Source of the DNA: Nitratidesulfovibrio vulgaris str. Hildenborough
Lineage (GTDB): Bacteria > Desulfobacterota > Desulfovibrionia > Desulfovibrionales > Desulfovibrionaceae
Length of the DNA stretch: 32,000 bases
NCBI RefSeq assembly: GCF_000195755.1
Contig: NC_002937.3
Location: 3,270,001-3,302,000 of the forward strand
Direction of reading: 5' to 3'
Translations under genes and position numbers: made by a program
In this document: positions 1 to 8,370 of the stretch, piece after piece
Position numbering within the stretch: position 1 is the first letter of the stretch
How the letters are laid out: each line of letters starts with the position of its first letter
Notes under the pieces: generated by a model
What the model was told of the DNA's origin: nothing
The model's database searches: none
What the model saw: the letters and a program-made list of their open reading frames with translations, nothing else

Positions 1-905
1 GGTCGCAGACCCAACGCAGCAAGTCCGGTCACAAGCTGCTCATGCGCAGCGCGATGACGGGCGAACACGTTGGGCAACCCCTCGTTGAGCACGCCCTCCA
101 GTGCCATGTGCAAGGCATAGAGCAGATTCACCGAAGGCATGAGGTGACAGACGCGCGGCGCGCCCTGCCAATAGTCCAGATGCAGGGCGATATCGAAATA
201 ACGTCCGGGGATTGGAGTACGCCGTCTGCCAACCCTGTCCAGCGCCCGCATGGAGAAGGCCACGGGGGCAAGCCCCGGCGGGCACGACAGGCACTTGTGC
301 GACGACGCGAAGAGGGCATCGGCACGCCACCGTGCCATATCCACATCCATCCCCCCGAGGCTGGTCTCGCAATCGACGATGAACAGGGCGCCGTGCATGG
401 ACACAAGGTCGCCCACGGCACCGACCGGACTTCGCACGCCTGTCGAGGATTCGGCATGTACCATGACCACGGCGTGGTAATCGCTGCGGGCAAGCCGTTG
501 TGCGACCTGTTCAGAGAGAACGGGGTCACCCCACGGCACGGTCAGCACATCGACGGCAAGGCCCAACCGCTGCGCCGTTTCCCGCAGTCGTTCACCGCCC
601 ATGCCGTTGTCGAGCACAAGAAGACGCTCGCCCGGTTCAAGAAGATTGACGAGGCATGTCTCCATCCCCACGGCAGCGGGCCCGTCAAGAACCGCGCACA
701 CGCCGTCCGACACATTGAAGATGTTCCGCAACTGCCCTTGAAGCCTGTCGAGGATTTCATCGAAACCGGGGTCGAGCGGCCCCACCGTTGGGAGGGCAAG
801 CGCACTATACACACTGTCGGGCACACCGGACGGGCCGTCCCCCATCAACAGCAATGCCTTGATATTCCGTAACGGATGCCCCAAGGGGCCCTCCTGTGTT
901 CTCAT
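1..905 (-). CDS. Class V PLP-dependent aminotransferase (serine-pyruvate / alanine-glyoxylate, AGXT/SgaA-like); the 3' end runs off the left edge
   Basis: This gene is absent from the ORF track because its stop lies outside the window. My translation of the reverse strand from ATG 905-903 gives MRTQEGPLGHPLRNIKALLLMGDGPSGVPDSVYSALALPTVGPLDPGFDEILDRLQ...HAVVMVHAESSTGV...FIVDCETSLGG...ALFASSHKCLSCPPGLAPVAFS... These are the GP-x-x-VP N-terminus and the S-x-H/Q-K PLP-lysine motif of class V aminotransferases. Third codon positions are GC-rich. The listed + ORF 42..872 is its antisense shadow. Confidence 0.8.
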   Translation of the reverse strand, partial: MRTQEGPLGHPLRNIKALLLMGDGPSGVPDSVYSALALPTVGPLDPGFDEILDRLQGQLRNIFNVSDGVCAVLDGPAAVGMETCLVNLLEPGERLLVLDNGMGGERLRETAQRLGLAVDVLTVPWGDPVLSEQVAQRLARSDYHAVVMVHAESSTGVRSPVGAVGDLVSMHGALFIVDCETSLGGMDVDMARWRADALFASSHKCLSCPPGLAPVAFSMRALDRVGRRRTPIPGRYFDIALHLDYWQGAPRVCHLMPSVNLLYALHMALEGVLNEGLPNVFARHRAAHEQLVTGLAALGLR

Positions 906-1203
906 GATCTGGCCCCGCCAGGGCCTTGTACACACTAGCACAGAAGAAAATCGTGGCAATAGGCAAGCCTATTACGTATGTCCAACAAAATGCCACCAGA
1001 CATACAAGCAAGGCGAAGCGCCATGCCCGCAAGGGCGTGCATCTTTTCAGCGAGATGACGGAAAGCTATGTATAAACGCGCCTATAGCCGAGTGAAACAC
1101 AATGGAATGCCCTTCCCCATAGCGGAGACGCGCCATTGTCAGGCAACTTCCACGGAAAACACATGTATGAAATGTCGTCGGGTGCGCCTTCGCAAACACT
1201 TCG

Positions 1204-1941
1204 CTACGCAGGAGTCACATGTGCAAGACCTGCAACATCGGCCATATGCCCCTCCGTTGCGCAGCCCGTTTCGGCATAATGCGCATCTTCCGCAAACGCT
1301 TCCATGATACCGCGCACAGGGGCCTGCGTTGCGCGCAGGGCATCCACCACTTCCGGGTCGTATTGTGTGCCACGGCAGCGCACGACCTCTTCAAGGGCCT
1401 CATCGAACGTCCATGCCGCCCGGTATGAACGACGTTGCATCATGGCCGACAGCCCGTCCGCCACGGCGATGATGCGCGCCCCCGGATGGATGGCGCGTCC
1501 TGAAAACCCTTGCGGGTAACCCTTTCCGTCGAAACGCTCATGGTGCTGCCCCACCATGACCGGGATGCCGTGCAGTTGCAGCGCGGCCACAGGGCGTAGC
1601 ATCTCGGCCCCCATACCGGGATGACGCCGCACGACGCCCCATTCTTCATCGGAAAGGCGGTCCGGCTTGAAGAGGATGGCGTCGGGGATGCCTATCTTGC
1701 CGATGTCATGCAGATGTCCTGCAATATGGATGATGTCGGCATCTCCGGGCGTAAGCCGCAAGGCCAGGGCAAGCGCGTGAGACACCGTGGCCACTTCTTC
1801 AGAATGGGTGCTGGTGCACGGGTCCTTGGCATCTATGGCCCGGCCGAGTGACTCGGAAAGCTCATGCAGGAACGGTTCAAGCACCCTGCGGCATGACATG
1901 CCACCGCCGTAGGTGCCTGCCGGATAGCAGCAGGTTGCCAT
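1204..1941 (-). CDS. Stand-alone HD-GYP domain protein (predicted cyclic-di-GMP phosphodiesterase)
   Basis: 245-aa ORF carrying HSEEV, HLHDIGKIGIPD and HHERFDGKGYPQG, the HD-GYP signature. The reverse strand reads GGGGGAGACA directly before ATG 1941 (Shine-Dalgarno-like). No receiver or other sensor domain precedes the catalytic core. Confidence 0.9.
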   Translation of the reverse strand: MATCCYPAGTYGGGMSCRRVLEPFLHELSESLGRAIDAKDPCTSTHSEEVATVSHALALALRLTPGDADIIHIAGHLHDIGKIGIPDAILFKPDRLSDEEWGVVRRHPGMGAEMLRPVAALQLHGIPVMVGQHHERFDGKGYPQGFSGRAIHPGARIIAVADGLSAMMQRRSYRAAWTFDEALEEVVRCRGTQYDPEVVDALRATQAPVRGIMEAFAEDAHYAETGCATEGHMADVAGLAHVTPA

Positions 1942-2172
1942 TGTCTCCCCCTTGTGTGGCAGCCTGAATATTGAAAAAGAAAATCATTGTCAAACATGCG
2001 AGAGGCATTCGCGCGCCCCGCCGACCGTCATGAACCCAAGCTACAAATGGACTTTCGCACTGGCACAAGGTTGCCGATTACCGGGCAAACAGGCTACCAT
2101 GCATCATCATATGTTTCGCCCCGTACCGGAGGGCTGGCCATAATCCTTCCGGATGCGCATCAAGGAGTAGCC

Positions 2173-2793
2173 ATGAAACGACTCGCCTTCCTGCTCGCCC
2201 TATCGCTCTTCGGTCTCACCGCCTGCGGAGGCGGGCCGAGACCCACAGCCCAGCCAGCCCCGCCCCCCGCCGACACCATGCAACTGGCCGGTGAAGGCAC
2301 GGGCATCGTCACGTTGGCCCCCCCCGCACCGGCGCAACCCTCAAGCCCCATCGTCGAGCAAGACCTCACGGACGGGGCAACGGCACAGCCGCCCCAGCGA
2401 CAGGCCACAGCCAGCACCACTGCGGTAGCCCATGAGGCTCCGAAGACCGCCGAACTCAAGGGAACATACTGGCGTCTTGCTACGCTTTCGGGTGTCGCCA
2501 TCACCCGTTATCCCAACCAGCCAGAACCTCACCTCATCCTTCAGGCTGACGGACGCACGGCCGGGTCGGACGGGTGCAACCGCTTTTTCGGCACCTACAG
2601 CCTGTCTGGCGACGGCCTGTCTTTCAGCCAGGGGGGCACCAGCCTCATGGCCTGTCCCGAGGGCGTGGCACAGGCAGCCGTCTACATGGGAGCACTGCGC
2701 ATGACCCGCGCCTATCGCCTGCAGGGCAACACGCTTGAGCTCATGGCTGACGGCAAAACGCTCGCCACCTTCGAGGCGGCCTCTCCCCGCTGA
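2173..2793 (+). CDS. META-domain (HslJ-like) lipoprotein
   Basis: Internal start ATG 2173 is preceded by AAGGAG (2162-2167). The N-terminus MKRLAFLLALSLFGLTAC is a signal peptide with lipobox L-T-A-C. A Pro/Ala-rich linker follows, then LKGTYWRLATLSG...GSDGCNRFFGTYSLSGDGLSF...LMACPEG...YRLQGNTLEL, typical of META/HslJ domains. The upstream part of ORF 1987..2793 has no RBS and looks non-coding. Confidence 0.85.
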   Translation: MKRLAFLLALSLFGLTACGGGPRPTAQPAPPPADTMQLAGEGTGIVTLAPPAPAQPSSPIVEQDLTDGATAQPPQRQATASTTAVAHEAPKTAELKGTYWRLATLSGVAITRYPNQPEPHLILQADGRTAGSDGCNRFFGTYSLSGDGLSFSQGGTSLMACPEGVAQAAVYMGALRMTRAYRLQGNTLELMADGKTLATFEAASPR

Positions 2794-2812
2794 CACACAG
2801 GGCACGACTCTA

Positions 2813-2847
2813 CACGACGAGCAGGGGGCACTCCCCTGCTCGTCGTG
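2813..2847 (+). terminator. Hairpin downstream of the META lipoprotein gene
   Basis: CACGACGAGCAGGGG (2813-2827), loop gcact, CCCCTGCTCGTCGTG (2833-2847). This is a perfect 15-bp stem 20 nt after the stop. There is no U-tract, so intrinsic termination is plausible but unproven. Confidence 0.5.
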
Positions 2848-3315
2848 CATGGTGCAAGCGCATCGCGACCTTTCCCCGCATCCTGTGGGCCCGACGCCGG
2901 CGAAGGGGCATGAGGGCGTGCGCTGCCACGGCACATCAACCCACGACCTGCGTCCCGGTCTGCCCCGCCTCCCGCAATCTCGACGCCCCCGGTCGTATTG
3001 CCCTCCAGCCTCACCTGTGCGTCTGCCCTATGCTGCAAAAGCGACAATGCCCCCGCCGGACAGGACCTACGCCGCCAGCGCCCCGGAGCACCAGGAAAAG
3101 GGCTTGCATCCACTTCATGGCATGAGATTCCTTGCTGCGGACACCGGTTCCAGAATAACGTACTTTGAGGTATCTCTCCGGGCAGACTCCATGCTGGCGC
3201 TTGCCAGCGGCACGAGACACGACACCTGACGGAAGAGCCACCATAGTGGACGTGCGGACCAGACGGTGTGCATGCAGAATCCACTCTCCGTGGCGACCTC
3301 ACCTGTGGAGCCCCC

Positions 3316-3912
3316 ATGCCTGTCATCGCCTGTCATGACTGTGACCTGCTGACACAACTTCCGGCCCGGGCTGGCGCAACCCTTCTGTGCCCCCGTTGCG
3401 GCGCGGTACTGCAACGGCACAGGCCGAACAGCATCGACCGGCCCGTGGCCTTCGCCCTGAGCGGTCTGGTGCTCTTTGCCGTCACCCTCACCAACCCATT
3501 CCTGGCCATGAGGAGTGCTGGCTTCATACAAGAAGCGAGGCTGCTGACTGGCATCATCGAACTCTGGAAGCAGGATCTCTACATCCTCGGGGGGCTCGTG
3601 CTGCTCACGTGCATCATCATCCCCGCAATCCAGCTGACCGGACTCCTGTATGTCCTTGTCCCGATAAGACTGGGCGTAAGAGCCCCCGGGGCCATCCATG
3701 TCTTTCGCGCTATCCGGCACCTCAATGCATGGGCCATGATGGAGGTTTTTCTCATCGGCATCCTGGTCGCACTGGTCAAACTCGCGAAAATGGCGACCAT
3801 CATCCCCGGCATCGCGGTCCTGTCACTGGGGCTGCTGACCATCGTCGTGACCGCAGCCATGACCACCCTCGACCCTCCGTTCATCTGGAGAAAGCTGGAC
3901 CCGCGTCCATGA
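3316..3912 (+). CDS. pqiA: Paraquat-inducible protein A family, first half-gene (PqiA repeat 1)
   Basis: ATG 3316 is preceded by GGAG (3307-3310). MPVIACHDCDLL...LLCPRCGAVL is a four-Cys motif. Hydrophobic helices follow, including LLTCIIIPAIQLTGLLYVLVP and MMEVFLIGILVALVKL, the PqiA family pattern. Confidence 0.85.
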   Translation: MPVIACHDCDLLTQLPARAGATLLCPRCGAVLQRHRPNSIDRPVAFALSGLVLFAVTLTNPFLAMRSAGFIQEARLLTGIIELWKQDLYILGGLVLLTCIIIPAIQLTGLLYVLVPIRLGVRAPGAIHVFRAIRHLNAWAMMEVFLIGILVALVKLAKMATIIPGIAVLSLGLLTIVVTAAMTTLDPPFIWRKLDPRP

Positions 3913-4547
3913 AGAGCCTTCCGACATCCGCGAAATCACTCGGGCTGTTGCAGTGCCATGACTGCCATCTGCTCATCCGGTCCGAAGACATCCCTGCGCA
4001 CCATGCCCATTGCCCCCGATGCGGTGCACCTCTGCACTTCCGCAAACCGGACAGTATCGCGCGCACATGGGCTCTGCTGCTGGCTGCTTCCATCATGTAC
4101 ATCCCGGCGAACCTGCTCCCCATGACCGTCACGACCGCCGTGGGTGCGGTGCAGACCGACACCATCATGAGCGGCGTCATCTATTTCATTCACAGCGGCT
4201 CATGGGAGATAGCGGCCGTCATCTTCATCGCCAGCATCTTCGTGCCACTGGTCAAGCTGGCCATTCTCGTATTCCTGCTCGTGAGCGTACAACGCCGCTC
4301 GAAATGGCGCCCTCGCGACCGCACCGTGCTGTACCGCATCACGGAACTGGTCGGGCGCTGGTCCATGGTTGACGTCTATGTGGTCACCATTCTGGTGGCA
4401 CTGGTCAAACTTGGAGCGGTGGCCAGCATCGAAGCCGGCCCGGCTGCCGTCTATTTCGCATCTGTCGTGGTGCTGACCATGCTCGCGGCGGAGAGTTTCG
4501 ATCCACGTATCATCTGGGATGTCATCGAGGACCACCATGACCGATAA
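3909..4547 (+). CDS. pqiA: Paraquat-inducible protein A family, second half-gene (PqiA repeat 2)
   Basis: ATG 3909 overlaps the TGA of the previous gene (ATGA). MKSLPTS...LQCHDCHLL...HCPRCGAPLHFRKPDS is a second four-Cys motif. It also has SMVDVYVVTILVALVKLG, paralogous to the first half. The listed ORF 3387..4547 is extended 5' over the previous gene in another frame. Confidence 0.85.
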   Translation: MKSLPTSAKSLGLLQCHDCHLLIRSEDIPAHHAHCPRCGAPLHFRKPDSIARTWALLLAASIMYIPANLLPMTVTTAVGAVQTDTIMSGVIYFIHSGSWEIAAVIFIASIFVPLVKLAILVFLLVSVQRRSKWRPRDRTVLYRITELVGRWSMVDVYVVTILVALVKLGAVASIEAGPAAVYFASVVVLTMLAAESFDPRIIWDVIEDHHDR

Positions 4548-6168
4548 CGACTCGACAGAGCAGTACGCGACTCCGGCTACCGTCAAAAGCAAGAACAGGC
4601 TGTCCACGGTCTGGATCATACCCATTGTGGCCCTGATCATCGGCGGATGGCTCGCCATCAAGGCCTACTCTGAGAAGGGCCCTGTCATCAGCATTTCATT
4701 TGCCACGGCCGAAGGGCTTGAGGCAGGCAAGACCAAGATCAGATTCAAGGATGTCGAGGTAGGACAGGTCAACGAGATACGCCTTGGCGACGACCTCAAG
4801 CATGTCGTCGTAACGGCTGAACTCTCGAAGGACCTTTCCAGATTCCTGAACGACAAGACACGGTTCTGGGTCTCGCGGGCACAAATCCGGGGCGGCACGG
4901 CTTCCGGACTCGACACGTTGCTCTCGGGTGCCTACATCGGCGTAGACCCCGGTCTTGGCGGAAATCAGACACACGACTTCGTGGGACTCGAGGTCCCCCC
5001 CATCGTCACCACCGACCAGCCCGGTCGCCATTTCAAGCTCCGTTCCCAGCAACGGGGGTCTTTGAGCATCGGCATGCCCGTGTACTATCGCCAGATTCAG
5101 GTCGGGCAGGTGGTCAGCTACGGGTTTGACGACGATGGCAACTCCGTCGCGGTCCAGATATTCATCGAAGCCCCGCATCACACCAAGATCACAGAGAACA
5201 CACGATTCTGGAATGCCAGCGGCCTTGACATGTCCCTCACCGCTCAAGGGCTCAAGATAGACACCCAGTCGCTTACCTCCATCGTCTCCGGCGGGCTGGC
5301 TTTCGATGTCCCCGAGGGTACTCCCCCCGGCAAGGAGGCTGACGAGAACACCGTCTTCGACCTGTACCCCGACCATGACAGCATCAATCGGCAGACCTAC
5401 TCATTCCGCAAGGACTGGCTCATCTATTTCGACCAGTCCGTCCGGGGGCTCAGCGTCGGCGCACCTGTCGAACTCTATGGCATCAAGATTGGCGAGGTGA
5501 GAAAGATCGACCTCATCTACGACATGGTCCGCAAGGACATCCGCGTCCCGGTCATCGTCTCCATCGAACCCGAGCGCATCTCGGACATGCTGAAGGCCGT
5601 ACCCAATCCGGAATCCACGAAGGGAGAGCCTATCCTCAAATGGTTCGTGGAAGACCGCAATATGAGGGCGCAACTCAAGACCGGCAACCTGCTGACCGGA
5701 CAGCTTCTGGTCGACTTCGGATTCCACCCGCGTGAACCCAAGGTCAAACTGGCCTTTGAAAACGGTTACGCGGTCGTCCCGAGCATACCGGGCTCTCTCG
5801 AGCAGATTCAGGACAGTATCGCGCACATCACGCGCAACCTCGAAAAGGTGCCGTTCGACAAGATAGGAACGCGTATTGACACTCTGCTCAAAGAGACCAC
5901 CGTTGTCGTCAAGGAGAGCGGACGTTTTGCCAACCGCCTCAACAACGAGACAACACCGCTTCTGCAAAGCAACCTCATCGCACTTCAGAAGACGCTCGAG
6001 GACCTGCAGGGAACCCTCGGCAAGAATTCAGCCTTCAATTACAACACGCAGAAGACTCTTGAAGAGTTGACGCAGACCTTGAGGGCCTTGCGCGAGTTGA
6101 CCACTGCCATCGACCGTCATCCACAGTCGCTCCTGTTCGGGAAAGGAGAGCCCCACAATGAGAAATAG
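4537..6168 (+). CDS. pqiB: PqiB, multi-MCE-domain periplasm-spanning lipid transport protein
   Basis: The N-terminal anchor VWIIPIVALIIGGWLAIKAY is followed by GPVISISFATAEGLEAGKTKIRFKDVEVGQV and GLDTLLSGAYIGVDPG, closely resembling E. coli PqiB as I remember it. GAGG (4527-4530) lies 6 nt before ATG 4537, which overlaps the end of pqiA-2. ATG 4519 is the alternative start. Confidence 0.9.
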   Translation: MTDNDSTEQYATPATVKSKNRLSTVWIIPIVALIIGGWLAIKAYSEKGPVISISFATAEGLEAGKTKIRFKDVEVGQVNEIRLGDDLKHVVVTAELSKDLSRFLNDKTRFWVSRAQIRGGTASGLDTLLSGAYIGVDPGLGGNQTHDFVGLEVPPIVTTDQPGRHFKLRSQQRGSLSIGMPVYYRQIQVGQVVSYGFDDDGNSVAVQIFIEAPHHTKITENTRFWNASGLDMSLTAQGLKIDTQSLTSIVSGGLAFDVPEGTPPGKEADENTVFDLYPDHDSINRQTYSFRKDWLIYFDQSVRGLSVGAPVELYGIKIGEVRKIDLIYDMVRKDIRVPVIVSIEPERISDMLKAVPNPESTKGEPILKWFVEDRNMRAQLKTGNLLTGQLLVDFGFHPREPKVKLAFENGYAVVPSIPGSLEQIQDSIAHITRNLEKVPFDKIGTRIDTLLKETTVVVKESGRFANRLNNETTPLLQSNLIALQKTLEDLQGTLGKNSAFNYNTQKTLEELTQTLRALRELTTAIDRHPQSLLFGKGEPHNEK

Positions 6169-6775
6169 CAGAACCGGTCTGGCCGCGGCGCTGGTACTCG
6201 TCTGTGCCGTGGCATCGTCAGGCTGCGGCGGCGCGCAAGCACCGACACGATACTACTCCCTCCTTGCAGAGGCTGGGCAACGCCCGTCTGCAGCGCCGAC
6301 GGAGAAGACGCTCTCCGTCAGCGTCGGGCCCGTCATCATTCCCGACATCCTGAAGCAGACACGCATCGCCACCAGCAAGGGGGACGGAAGCTACAACCTG
6401 TCAGAGTACCACCGCTGGAGCGGAGACGTGGACAGGGATATCGCCCGGGCGCTGGCTGAACACCTAGGCAGGGGACTCGGCACGGAACAGGTCTTCGTGT
6501 TCCCCTGGGATCAGGCTGGCGCGCCCGCGTACAGGGTCCTTGCGGATGTCATCTCCATGGGGGGAAATCCCGACGGTGAGGCGACCCTGCACGTGCGCTG
6601 GACTGTCGTGCCGCGGTCGGGCGCAGCGGAACCCGTCACCCGCCGTACGGACCTCAGCGAGAAATGCCCCGGCCCGGACCATGCGGACTGGGTCGCAGCC
6701 CAGCAACGTAACGTGGAACATCTGGCTGCGGCGATAGCCGCCACGATTCTGGACCTGCACGGGCAAGGCACCTAG
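6158..6775 (+). CDS. pqiC: PqiC/YmbA-like lipoprotein (ABC-type transport auxiliary lipoprotein)
   Basis: The start overlaps the pqiB stop by 11 nt, with AAGGAG upstream. The signal peptide has lipobox ASSGC. The motif APTRYYSL and the position right after pqiB match the PqiC/YmbA family. Confidence 0.8.
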   Translation: MRNSRTGLAAALVLVCAVASSGCGGAQAPTRYYSLLAEAGQRPSAAPTEKTLSVSVGPVIIPDILKQTRIATSKGDGSYNLSEYHRWSGDVDRDIARALAEHLGRGLGTEQVFVFPWDQAGAPAYRVLADVISMGGNPDGEATLHVRWTVVPRSGAAEPVTRRTDLSEKCPGPDHADWVAAQQRNVEHLAAAIAATILDLHGQGT

Positions 6776-6813
6776 CCACGACGTTCCGATGCCGCGGCAT
6801 CGGAACGTCGTGG
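6776..6813 (+). terminator. Perfect 38-nt palindrome immediately after the pqiC stop
   Basis: CCACGACGTTCCGATGCCGCGGCATCGGAACGTCGTGG equals its own reverse complement (about a 17-bp stem). It begins 1 nt after TAG 6773-6775 and has no U-tract. Confidence 0.55.
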
Positions 6814-7110
6814 CAACAAGCAACGTGTTCCTTCTCGCGGGGGGCATGGCGTACGCCATGCCCCGCCGCACCTTCGCCTCCTGCCTGCCCACCCCCGACT
6901 GCCCCCGAAGGGGGGCCCACCCGATGCCTATCCCGCCACCGGCATCGTTGCCTTGAGGGGTATCGCAGGTACCGAGCCCCCTGAGCTGTGCAAGTGCACA
7001 CTCCTGACAATATCCGTTTGATTCTGCCTCATTGCAGGAGGCCCCCTGTGGCCGCATGAAAAAGTTGTGCAGCATGTCAATTTTCTTGTTGCAATTTCGT
7101 CACAGAGTTT

Positions 7111-7137
7111 ACATATGTTCAGAACATGAACATATGT
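7111..7137. promoter_or_regulatory. Nested inverted repeat in the AT-rich region upstream of the SorC-type regulator/glp genes (candidate operator)
   Basis: ACATATGTTC (7111-7120), spacer agaacat, GAACATATGT (7128-7137) form perfect 10-bp arms. An inner palindrome GTTCAGAAC lies within. Function is inferred from position only. Confidence 0.3.
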
Positions 7138-7422
7138 CGCACCTGAAGGATGGCTTGGCGAATGAGACGAGACTGCCATGCCATCATGCGACATCCCATG
7201 AAATGCAACGGCCAACAAAATACCAAATGTCTTTCCAAGGATAGCCACCATGATGATGTAGCTGAAGCCGCATGCCACATCTCATACGTCTACAAGCCTT
7301 TCGCATCGACAAAGTAGCGCGGCACATCACCTCATTGCATACGTCGCATATGCTTCACAGCTATCACCGTTCTTTTCGTGCATCACGTACAACGCATCCT
7401 GCAACATGATACAGGACGTGGA

Positions 7423-8370
7423 ATGGAAAGAGCACAGCATGACCATGCACTTCTGTCACGTATCGCATGGGCCTACTATGTGAACGGGATGACACAGTCC
7501 GACATCGCTTCGTGGCTTGGAACCAGTCGCGTTCGTGTCAACAGGATGCTACAGGTCTGCCGTGACGAAGGCTATGTCCAGATCATGGTACACAGTGGCA
7601 AGGCCGCCTGTTTCGAGGCTGAAAAGGCCATGGAAGACAGATTCGGACTTCGCCGCGCCATCGTCATCCCCACTCCGCCCACCCCCCGACAATTGAACCG
7701 CAATCTGGGACATGCCGCAGGATACTATCTGGCGGGCATTCTCAAGAACGGAACCTCGGTCGGCATGGGTTACGCGGCTGCCGCATCCATCCCCCGCAAA
7801 CCCGCCGAACATCTCACCGTCGTATCCCTTTACGGCGGCCTTCCGCACAGCATCGTCATCAACCCCTACGAAATCGTCACCACCATCGCCCGACGGGTAC
7901 AGGCCGAGCAGACGTTCTACATCGCCGCCCCCATGTTCGCCCCCACCCCAGAGACCTGCCGTCTTCTCAAGTCGCAGGCGCTGTTCAAGGCGGTCTACGC
8001 GCGGGCGCTTCAGGTGGATGTGGCCCTCATCGGCCTTGGCGAACTGGCACCCGACGCCACCAACGTACAACTGGGGGCCATCAGCCATGACGATGTAGAA
8101 TCGCTGGAACGTGCAGGTGCCGTGGGCGAGGTGTTCGGCACGTTCGTCGATGCCGAAGGCGTCCCCGTTCTCCATCCCCGCAACGAGTGCTTCATGGGGC
8201 CCGACCTCGAAGAGGTACGAGCCATACCCCATTCCATTGCCGCAGCAGGCGGCGTCAAGAAGACCGGCATCATCAGGGCCGCTCTTTCAGGCGGATTCAT
8301 CGACGTCCTTGTCACCGATGAGGAGACCGCCACGCGGCTTCTCGCACAACATACGGAGGCGCAGGCATGA
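7423..8370 (+). CDS. SorC/DeoR(Bsu)-family sugar-phosphate-binding transcriptional regulator
   Basis: LLSRIAWAYYVNGMTQSDIASWLGTSRVRVNRMLQVCRDEGYVQIMV is the SorC-type N-terminal HTH. It is followed by a roughly 250-aa sugar-binding-like domain. I prefer ATG 7423 (AGGA 6 nt upstream) over the GTG at 7378 used by the ORF track. The stop overlaps the glpD start. Confidence 0.8.
   Translation: MERAQHDHALLSRIAWAYYVNGMTQSDIASWLGTSRVRVNRMLQVCRDEGYVQIMVHSGKAACFEAEKAMEDRFGLRRAIVIPTPPTPRQLNRNLGHAAGYYLAGILKNGTSVGMGYAAAASIPRKPAEHLTVVSLYGGLPHSIVINPYEIVTTIARRVQAEQTFYIAAPMFAPTPETCRLLKSQALFKAVYARALQVDVALIGLGELAPDATNVQLGAISHDDVESLERAGAVGEVFGTFVDAEGVPVLHPRNECFMGPDLEEVRAIPHSIAAAGGVKKTGIIRAALSGGFIDVLVTDEETATRLLAQHTEAQA

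Noticed and set aside
42-872. 276-aa plus-strand ORF at the left edge
   Set aside because: It is the antisense shadow of the class V aminotransferase gene, which I translated from the minus strand (1-905). Its composition is His/Arg/Gly-rich and it matches no family. The minus frame carries clear PLP-enzyme motifs.
805-1032. 75-aa minus-strand ORF with a very hydrophobic N-terminus (MRAWRFALLVCLVAFCWTYVIGLPIATIFF…)
   Set aside because: Its last 100 nt overlap the start of the aminotransferase gene in another frame. It has no RBS that I can see. It could be a real small membrane peptide, but sequence alone does not support a call.
3387-3908. 5' extension of ORF 3387..4547 (386 aa)
   Set aside because: It overlaps the first pqiA half-gene in another frame with an Arg/His/Pro-rich translation. 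The PqiA-like sequence starts at ATG 3909.
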